Source: Spirochaetales bacterium (GTDB taxonomy: Bacteria; Spirochaetota; Spirochaetia; JABEVK01). Taken from it: a stretch of DNA of 19,734 bases. The stretch covers positions 1 to 19,734 of the forward strand of contig JBAXAI010000055.1 of the NCBI GenBank assembly GCA_037142615.1. The letters run 5' to 3'. Both the position numbers and the translations under genes were made by a program. This document shows, piece by piece, positions 5,135 through 11,547 of the stretch; the first letter of the stretch is position 1; each line of letters begins with the position of its first letter. The notes beneath the pieces are model-generated. The model was not told where the DNA came from, ran no database searches, and was given only the letters and a program-made list of their open reading frames with translations.

Positions 5135-7996
5135 TCAGGGGCGAACAACCCGAAAGCCGATGCCGTCGTCCCGGTAGCTCGGGTAGTCGTTGCTCCGGTA
5201 GGACACGGTCGCGACGGACGCACCGTAGTTCCAACTGCCGCCGCGGAACACGCGGTACGAGCCCGAGGCCGCTCCCGTGGGGTCGGTGCTAGGCGATGAG
5301 TCGTAGCTGCCATACCAGTCCCAGTTCCATTCCCAGACGTTGCCGCTCAGGTCGTAGAGTCCCAGCTCGTTGGGTGACTTCTTGCCGACTGGTTGGGTAC
5401 CGGTGGGGCTGTTTTCGTAGGTCCAGGCGAAACTGGCAACGGCGTTGCTCCCGTTGTCGCCTGCGAACGCCTTGTTGTAGCCCCCTGTGTTGACGGCCGC
5501 AACAATATCGCCCGCTTTGGCATCGGTGGCCCCACCCATTGCGGCCCACATCCACTCGGCCTCGGTGGGCAGGCGATAACCGGTCCTGGTCATGTCCATG
5601 GTCACGGTCGCCGACGTGATGGGGTACCCACTAGCTGGGGTGCGGCCGGTGATCGTGTAGACGTCCTGCAGCCCTGCCAGGTCGCTGAGCTTGTTGCAGA
5701 ACTCGACGGCATCGTACCAGGTGACGCTCTCGACAGGGTTCTGGGCTTTGCCACTGGAGGCGCTCGGGCTGCTGCCCGTCACATCGCGGTAGAGGCCCTG
5801 CGTCACCTCGTAGGTCAACATCTGGAAGCTGCTCACCGACACGTTGGCGGTGCCATTGAAGAAGGTTCCACCCGCGACCGGGACGGTCTCAAAGGCGACG
5901 ACAGCGGCCGAGTAGCCCAATGCGTCATTGAAAGCCGCCACAGAGTATTGCGATCCGGCCGCATGATCTAGCCCGTTCGAGCTCGTAATCGCTGTTCCCG
6001 AATCCACGGCGACACCGTTGATGTACACGAAGTACTTCGTCGCTAAAGGCACCGCGTTCCAACTCAAGCTGGCGGTGCTTCCAGTTATAGTCAAGTTTAG
6101 CAACCCCGCCGGAGCCGCCATTGCCGGGAATGTGAAGTCCGCCGCTGTGCTCGTCCCCAGCGCCGTGTTGAACGTCGCCACCCGCAGACCACGCCCCGTC
6201 GGCACAATCACATCAACCAAAGAGGTGGCGGTTGTCGTCGTAACCGCTGTGCCATCGGTGTAGGTCAGCCGGTAGTTCTCGGCAACCGTAACGGCGGTCC
6301 AGCTGACATCCACCTTGCCGTTGCTCTTGGGGGTCAGCGTCAACCCCGCCGGAGCCGCCATTACCGGCACAGTGAACGGCACCTTGGTGCTGAGCCCCAG
6401 TGCGGAATTGAACGCCGCAATCGAAAGACCTCGACCAGCGGGCAACGCAAAGTCGGTCACCAAACTCGCGGTTGTCGTCAGTATCTTGGTGCCATCGTCG
6501 TAGTACAGGTTCACCGATTGGGCCGTGGTCTCGGGGGTCCAGCTCAGGTCAACTTTGCCGTTGCTCTTGGGGGTCAGCACCAAGTTGCCCGGTGCCCGGA
6601 TGCCCGCCGCACCGATGGCGAAGAAGTCCATGTCGTCAACGGCCAAGTAACCCAAGAGCGGAGCGGTGTCGTTTATGTAGAGCCCGGTGGCTGTAAGTGG
6701 ACTGTTGTTGGGCTCGTAGGCTCCCGGTGGTATGTAGGCCGTAAGGTCGGGAGAGTACTGACTGGGACTGCCGATCCAAACCGCGTATTTGGTCTCCGAA
6801 GCGGCCGTGGCCCCGGACAAAGCCAGCGAATATCCGGTGTCCTTCCGTGGCACTACAAGTCCCTGGGAGTTTTGGGGAGGTCCCGGAAAGTGGATCGTCT
6901 TTCGATCTGGGGTGATCAGGGTGGCGTGGCTGGTGTCACCTGCAAGATTCACCGTGAGCTTGTCGTCTTTGTAGAACCGTAGCGTTGTCCGGTCGTGCCA
7001 ACTCGGGCCACCATAGATGTCCAACTGGACGCCCATAGTCACGTCCACATACGCTGTCGTGATCGCAGACACCGTCACTGGGACTGTGATTGTCTGCGTT
7101 GTGCCGGGCTCAAAAGTCGAAAGATTGTTGATCAGGGTTCCGCCCAGAGTTGCCTTGGAGTTGAGTGAACTGAGTGTGTAGGTCGGTGCCATCGATCGGG
7201 CCGAACCCACGTTCTTGATGGTAACGGTGACGTTCTGGGCTGTACCGTCAGCAAAAAGATATGGTACTCCGGCTGGTGCAGCACTGACCTTGAAGTTGTA
7301 CTTCACGGTCGGGTCGGGGATGGTCACGGTGCCCACGTCCTGACCGTCGTCACCGGCCACCACCTCGATCGTTGGGCCGTCTGCGAGGGCGTTCGTCACA
7401 GCGTCGACAATCTTCGGCGTGATTTTGTACACGGCGCCAGCGATGGCGTTGGCGATCTTGTAGCTGCCGTCGATGGCAGTGAACACCGTCTGCATGTCGC
7501 TCGGATTGTCTTTGCTCTGCACCGCGAGCTGCAGGGCCGACATGAAGCTGCGCGGCTCGGCCGAGCGGGCCAGACTCTTGGCCACCACCTGCTGCTCCAC
7601 GGTGCCGTTGAAGGTGGCGCTCCGGTCGGCCTGACGGTACAGGTAAAACGTATCGGTTCCCTGCGTCACCTGAATCATGTCGGCCGAATCGGCGGTCACC
7701 TCGAGGGTGGCACCGGCGGTGGTCAGTTTGGTCACCGTGGCCGAGGTGTAGACATTGCTTCCCATCGGGCTGGTCAACTTGTCGGCGGCCAGATACCAGT
7801 TTTCGACGCGGTCCATTCGCACCCACGGGCCCCAAAGCGACTGGTCGATGGTGACCGCAGCGGGCGTGGTTCCACCGGGGGTTGTCCCACCTGGAGTGCT
7901 TCCGCCACCAGGGTTGACGGTGACCGGCGAGGCGCAGCTGACAAGCGCCAGCAACAAAAAAAGCGCCCCCAAGGGCGCAATCGATGAGATTTTCAT
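5135..7996 (-). CDS. DGR target lipoprotein: lipobox, Ig/FN3-like stalk, C-terminal FGE-sulfatase (CLec-fold) variable domain
   Basis: MKISSIAPLGALFLLLALVS-C signal; PGGxT tether; three ~80-aa AP.xL...LSW repeats; YEVTQ, PVESVTWYDAVEFCN, GYRLPTEAEW, PNELGLYDLSGNVWEW, RGGSW, GFRVVRP. Confidence 0.93.
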   Translation of the reverse strand: MKISSIAPLGALFLLLALVSCASPVTVNPGGGSTPGGTTPGGTTPAAVTIDQSLWGPWVRMDRVENWYLAADKLTSPMGSNVYTSATVTKLTTAGATLEVTADSADMIQVTQGTDTFYLYRQADRSATFNGTVEQQVVAKSLARSAEPRSFMSALQLAVQSKDNPSDMQTVFTAIDGSYKIANAIAGAVYKITPKIVDAVTNALADGPTIEVVAGDDGQDVGTVTIPDPTVKYNFKVSAAPAGVPYLFADGTAQNVTVTIKNVGSARSMAPTYTLSSLNSKATLGGTLINNLSTFEPGTTQTITVPVTVSAITTAYVDVTMGVQLDIYGGPSWHDRTTLRFYKDDKLTVNLAGDTSHATLITPDRKTIHFPGPPQNSQGLVVPRKDTGYSLALSGATAASETKYAVWIGSPSQYSPDLTAYIPPGAYEPNNSPLTATGLYINDTAPLLGYLAVDDMDFFAIGAAGIRAPGNLVLTPKSNGKVDLSWTPETTAQSVNLYYDDGTKILTTTASLVTDFALPAGRGLSIAAFNSALGLSTKVPFTVPVMAAPAGLTLTPKSNGKVDVSWTAVTVAENYRLTYTDGTAVTTTTATSLVDVIVPTGRGLRVATFNTALGTSTAADFTFPAMAAPAGLLNLTITGSTASLSWNAVPLATKYFVYINGVAVDSGTAITSSNGLDHAAGSQYSVAAFNDALGYSAAVVAFETVPVAGGTFFNGTANVSVSSFQMLTYEVTQGLYRDVTGSSPSASSGKAQNPVESVTWYDAVEFCNKLSDLAGLQDVYTITGRTPASGYPITSATVTMDMTRTGYRLPTEAEWMWAAMGGATDAKAGDIVAAVNTGGYNKAFAGDNGSNAVASFAWTYENSPTGTQPVGKKSPNELGLYDLSGNVWEWNWDWYGSYDSSPSTDPTGAASGSYRVFRGGSWNYGASVATVSYRSNDYPSYRDDGIGFRVVRP
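5139..5273 (-). repeat. DGR variable repeat (VR)
   Basis: 18 mismatches to TR, all at TR adenines (11 A>G, 6 A>T, 1 A>C). The 3'-terminal 24 bp are identical (IMH-like region). Confidence 0.97.
6101..6578. repeat. 240-bp-period intragenic repeats (FN3-like modules)
   Basis: caaccccgccggagccgccatt at 6101 and 6341; ttgccgttgctcttgggggtcagc at 6315 and 6555. Confidence 0.85.
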
Positions 7997-8020
7997 AGGT
8001 GACTCCTAAGTTCAGTTACA

Positions 8021-8048
8021 GGGAGGGAGGGAGGGAGGGAGGGAGGGA
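8021..8048 (+). repeat. (GGGA)7 simple sequence repeat / G-quadruplex-forming tract in the target-gene leader
   Basis: Seven perfect GGGA units 25-52 bp upstream of the target ATG, just beyond the AGGAG RBS (8003-8007, minus strand). Confidence 0.9.
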
Positions 8049-8089
8049 AAGGATTCGATAATTGCTGAACGATATCAAGCATATAGAAA

Positions 8090-8118
8090 AGTATAACGCG
8101 GGTTTACGGAAGCGTCTA
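8090..8118 (-). promoter_or_regulatory. Putative sigma70 promoter for the DGR operon
   Basis: TAGACG-N17-TATACT on the minus strand, in an AT-rich intergenic stretch. Confidence 0.55.
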
Positions 8119-8154
8119 GGGTTGGCGCTTGACGGAGTACTTTCGGTCGGTTGA

Positions 8155-8196
8155 GCGTACGTACTTCTTGACATACGTACGCCTCTCGCTTATCCT
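8155..8196 (+). promoter_or_regulatory. Sigma70 promoter with operator inverted repeat for the TA operon
   Basis: TTGACA(8168)-N17-TATCCT(8191); gcgtacgta/tacgtacgc inverted repeat (8155-8163/8174-8182) brackets the -35 box. Confidence 0.75.
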
Positions 8197-8202
8197 TATC
8201 TT

Positions 8203-8442
8203 ATGATGACTTCCCTTGTGAATCCGACCCGCCTCCGCGAGAACCTTTACGGCATCCTCGACGAAGTGCTGACCACGGGAACCCCGGTGTCCATCGAGCG
8301 CAAAGGGCGGTTGCTCACCTTGTCGGCCCAGCCTTCCGGCTCGCGGATGGCGCGCCTGGTAGCCCACCCCGGGTCCATCGTTGGCGATCCTGAGGCGCTG
8401 GTGTCGATCGACTGGTCGTCGGAGTGGAAGCCAGGACTGTAG
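8203..8442 (+). CDS. Phd/YefM-like antitoxin
   Basis: 79 aa, PTRLRENLYGILDEVLTTGTPVSIERKGR fits the Phd fold; lies upstream of a PIN gene. Confidence 0.8.
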   Translation: MMTSLVNPTRLRENLYGILDEVLTTGTPVSIERKGRLLTLSAQPSGSRMARLVAHPGSIVGDPEALVSIDWSSEWKPGL

Positions 8443-8451
8443 GCCCCAGCC

Positions 8452-8826
8452 ATGACTTACCTCGATACGCACGCGCTCCTCTGGCTCTACGAAAACCCGG
8501 CGCTCTTGCCCGCAAGGGCTCACGCCCTGCTGGACTCCGAGGAACTCTGGCTTTCGCCGATGGTGGCCCTGGAGCTGCAGTACCTGCACGAGACCGGTCG
8601 AATCACGGTGGAACCGGGGTTGGTGCTGGAAAACGGCTACACCAACCTGGGGCTCTCGCTGGATGGTCCGGGCGCGGGGCCCGCCATTGTGTGGGCGCGG
8701 AACTTCAGCTGGACGCGTGACCCCTTTGACCGCATCATCACCGCGCAGGCCAGCCTCAACGGCGCGCTGCTGATCACCAAAGACGCCACGATGCGCAGGA
8801 ACTACGAGTGGGCTGTCTGGGACTGA
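8452..8826 (+). CDS. vapC: PIN-domain (VapC-family) toxin
   Basis: YLDTHALLW, LSPMVALE, RDPFDRIITAQA, LITKD acidic PIN motifs. Confidence 0.9.
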   Translation: MTYLDTHALLWLYENPALLPARAHALLDSEELWLSPMVALELQYLHETGRITVEPGLVLENGYTNLGLSLDGPGAGPAIVWARNFSWTRDPFDRIITAQASLNGALLITKDATMRRNYEWAVWD

Positions 8827-8892
8827 CGAAAAGTGTGCCCGTCGCGCAAGCAAAACCTCGCCAACCGTTGTTAGGGAAGGTAGAATGGAGGC

Positions 8893-9507
8893 ATGAGGAA
8901 CATGGGAATCCCCGTACGAAAGTTTGACCAGCACTACACCTACCGCGACTACCGCCAGTGGGGTGACGACGAGCGGTGGGAACTCATCCACGGCGTGGCC
9001 TACAATATGAGTCCGGCGCCGAGGACTCCGCATCAGGGGATCAGCATCGAGATCACGGGGCAGATCCGGGAATTTCTCAAGGGCAAACCCTGCGCCGTGT
9101 TCCATGCGGCCGTCGATGTGTTTTTCCCGCCGCTGCGCGAAATGGACGAGGACGACGTCGATACCGTGGTGCAGCCTGATGTGCTGGTGGTCTGCGACAG
9201 GACCAAGATTCTCGAGAAAGGGATCTGGGGCGCGCCCGACCTCGTGGTCGAGATCTTAAGCAAGTCAACCAGCCGCAAGGACCAGCACGAAAAGTTCGAC
9301 CTGTACGAGCGCGGCGGCGTGCGCGAATACTGGATTGTCGACCCTAACGGACAGTGGATTCAGCAGTACGTCCGAGAGGAAAGTGGCAAATTCGGGGTCG
9401 AGGTGACTTTCGAAAAGACCGGCCGACTGGCCAGTGCGGTCTTGCCCGGCTTCGAGCTCGACGTGGCCGAAGTCTTCGCAGCCGGAGAGTTTTCCGGCCT
9501 CGCGTGA
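8893..9507 (+). CDS. Uma2-family (DUF820) putative restriction-like endonuclease
   Basis: ERWELIHG...MSPAP...HQ, VQPDVLVV, GAPDLVVEILS.ST...D...K..LY...GVREYWIVDP. Confidence 0.92.
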   Translation: MRNMGIPVRKFDQHYTYRDYRQWGDDERWELIHGVAYNMSPAPRTPHQGISIEITGQIREFLKGKPCAVFHAAVDVFFPPLREMDEDDVDTVVQPDVLVVCDRTKILEKGIWGAPDLVVEILSKSTSRKDQHEKFDLYERGGVREYWIVDPNGQWIQQYVREESGKFGVEVTFEKTGRLASAVLPGFELDVAEVFAAGEFSGLA

Positions 9508-9599
9508 GCGGCCTGGAGGAACACCGAAGGTGTGCCACCGGAGGCGCCGCCAGGCGCCGAGGAGGCCGCAGCGAAGCGAAGTCCGGAAGGGCGCGGGGG

Positions 9600-9773
9600 C
9601 ACGTCACTTCGTTCCTTAGTCCCACAGTTTCCGGGCTCCGCCCGAAAACTGTCCTGGGGTGAACCGTTGCGGAACCAGCCGAACGTGCCACACGCCCTAG
9701 GCTTTGAAAGGTGACAATGACTGGAGTTTCGGACAGAGTTCGAAACTCCAGGCCTAAGGAACGAAGTGACGTG
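9600..9773. repeat. Intergenic element with perfect 20-bp inverted repeats and internal hairpins (MITE/REP-like or structured RNA)
   Basis: cacgtcacttcgttccttag (9600-9619) / ctaaggaacgaagtgacgtg (9754-9773); internal 11-bp IRs at 9625-9651 (one mismatch) and 9721-9751 (perfect). Confidence 0.75.
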
Positions 9774-9857
9774 GCCAGGCCCCCCGTCTGGAAGCCTTCG
9801 ACATTCTCTTCGCATGTGTGGCGCCACCCGGCTCTCTGACAGGACCCCCGAAGGGGA

Positions 9858-9886
9858 TTGCCGTTTTTCTCTGTGGGTGTCATCCT
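9858..9886 (+). promoter_or_regulatory. Possible sigma70 promoter of the DRTGG operon
   Basis: TTGCCG-N17-CATCCT with an extended -10 TG; ATG follows 7 nt later with no SD. Confidence 0.4.
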
Positions 9887-9893
9887 CTCGGGC

Positions 9894-10253
9894 ATGATGA
9901 CTTTCCAGCAAGTGCTTGAAACCGTGGGTGGTACGGTGATCGTGAAGGGGTCCCGGTGGGACGTTCAGGAGATTCAGCACGTGATGGCGTGCAGCCTGAT
10001 GAGCGATGTGCTGGTGACCGAAGAAGACGACATTCTGCTCGTGACGAGCCTGGCGAGCGACCAGACGGCGCGTACGGCCGACATGGTGGGCGCGTGCGGC
10101 ATTGTGCTGATGAACGACAAGACCCCGCAAGCTGAACTGGTGGCGCTGTGCCGCGAGCTCGACCTGCCGCTGATGACGAGTTCGCTTCCGGCTTTTGAGT
10201 GTTGCTGGCAACTGGGAAACAGACTCAACGGCCCGGCTACTCCAAAATCATGA
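9894..10253 (+). CDS. DRTGG-domain protein
   Basis: ACSLMSDVL...LLVTSL...QTARTADMVG...IVL...K; start set at ATG 9894 (or 9897). Confidence 0.8.
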   Translation: MMTFQQVLETVGGTVIVKGSRWDVQEIQHVMACSLMSDVLVTEEDDILLVTSLASDQTARTADMVGACGIVLMNDKTPQAELVALCRELDLPLMTSSLPAFECCWQLGNRLNGPATPKS

Positions 10254-11185
10254 TCCCGTTCGAGACGCAGAACTCCCCGTCGATCATCACCGAACTGCTC
10301 TACCGGCTCAAAATCAAAGACATCATGACGCACCCGGTGCGCAGCGCCGACCCGACGACCCGCCTGCGCGAAATCCAGACGACAATGCGTGAAAACAAGG
10401 TGTCGGGCGTGCCCATTGTGGAAGACGACCGGCTCGTGGGCATGATCAGCGTCGACGACATCATCCGCGCCCTCGACCAAGGCTACATCGAGTCGCCCTG
10501 CGGCGTGCACATGAGCCGCAAGCTGGTGGTGCTCGAAGACGACATGCCGGTGAGCATGGGCCTGAGCCACTTCGAAAAATACCACTTTGGCCGGTTCCCG
10601 GTGATCAACCGCGACAAGGAACTCGTGGGCATCGTGACCAGCCGCGACATCACCAGCGCCCTGCTCACCGAGATGAACCGTGCCCTCGAGACGCTCGAGG
10701 CCGAGATCAACAGCCAAGCGGCCCCGGTGGCGGCGGGAGAGGTGAAGCGCGTGTTCGTGGTGCGCCAGTTCGACTACGAAAACGCCGGCCGTGCCAGCAC
10801 CGAGCTTAAAAAGCTGCTGCAGGAACGCGGGGTGAGCCGCAAGACGCAGCGCAACGCGTCGGTGGCCAGCTACGAACTCGAAATGAACATCGTCAACCAC
10901 TCGCTGGGCGGTCGCATGATCTACCAGTTTTCGGCCGACCGCGTGGTGATCGAGGCCTCGGACCGCGGCCCCGGCATTCCCGACCTGGCCAAGGCCATGA
11001 CCGAGGGCTTTTCGACGGCCAACGACTGGATCCGCTCGCTGGGCTTTGGCGCCGGCATGGGCCTGCCCAACACCAAACGCGTGAGCGACGACTTTTCGAT
11101 CGAGTCGACCGTTGGCAAAGGGACGACCGTGAAGGTGACCATCGTGTTCGAAACCGCGCCCACGCCGCAGGAGAAACCAGCATGA
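10250..11185 (+). CDS. CBS-pair plus histidine-kinase-like ATPase (RsbT/anti-sigma Ser/Thr kinase-like) fusion
   Basis: ATGA overlap start. CBS motifs (IKDIMT, SGVPIV, LVGMIS..DI, GRFPVI, LVGIVT..DI), then YELEMNIV.H, DRGPGI, GFSTA, GAGMGLPN, GKGT. Confidence 0.88.
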   Translation: MIPFETQNSPSIITELLYRLKIKDIMTHPVRSADPTTRLREIQTTMRENKVSGVPIVEDDRLVGMISVDDIIRALDQGYIESPCGVHMSRKLVVLEDDMPVSMGLSHFEKYHFGRFPVINRDKELVGIVTSRDITSALLTEMNRALETLEAEINSQAAPVAAGEVKRVFVVRQFDYENAGRASTELKKLLQERGVSRKTQRNASVASYELEMNIVNHSLGGRMIYQFSADRVVIEASDRGPGIPDLAKAMTEGFSTANDWIRSLGFGAGMGLPNTKRVSDDFSIESTVGKGTTVKVTIVFETAPTPQEKPA

Positions 11186-11547
11186 CCATCGCCGACCTCG
11201 AGGCCCGCCTGGGCTACGCATCGCTGGTTGCCTACACCGACGCCGAGCTGGCGGGAGCCTACACCAGCGACCTGCTGAGCGACGTGATTGCCCACGCACC
11301 GGAAAACTCGGTGCTGATCACGCTGCAGGCCCACAAGAACACCGTGGCGTGCGCCAGTCTGGCCGGGGTGCTCGCGCTGGTGCTCACGGGCAAGGCCGAA
11401 GTGCCCGCCGACCTGCTCGACGCCGCCCGCCAGGAGAATCTGGCCGTGTTCCGCACCGCCGACAATCAATTCACCGCCAGCTGGAAAATCGCCGGCCTGC
11501 TTGGTTTGGGGTTGGGCCCCATCCCGGGCTCCAAGGAGAATCTATGA
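11182..11547 (+). CDS. DRTGG-domain protein
   Basis: GAYTSDLLSDVIA...VLITLQAHKNTVACA; ATGA overlaps at both ends. Confidence 0.8.
   Translation: MTIADLEARLGYASLVAYTDAELAGAYTSDLLSDVIAHAPENSVLITLQAHKNTVACASLAGVLALVLTGKAEVPADLLDAARQENLAVFRTADNQFTASWKIAGLLGLGLGPIPGSKENL

Larger units (their letters stand above)
3397..7996 (-). mobile_element. Diversity-generating retroelement: target(VR)-HRDC-RT(TR)
   Basis: DGR-type RT, TR/VR pair with adenine-only mismatches, accessory gene and CLec-fold target, all co-oriented. Confidence 0.97.

Noticed and set aside
7956-7962. A7 homopolymer in the target signal peptide (and a similar run at 4982-4988) as phase-variation tracts
   Set aside because: Too short to be distinctive, explained by Phe/Leu codons, and both frames are intact.
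9510-9860. RNase P RNA, tmRNA or a known riboswitch
   Set aside because: I could not find their conserved sequence motifs on either strand; an Rfam scan is needed for a firm exclusion.
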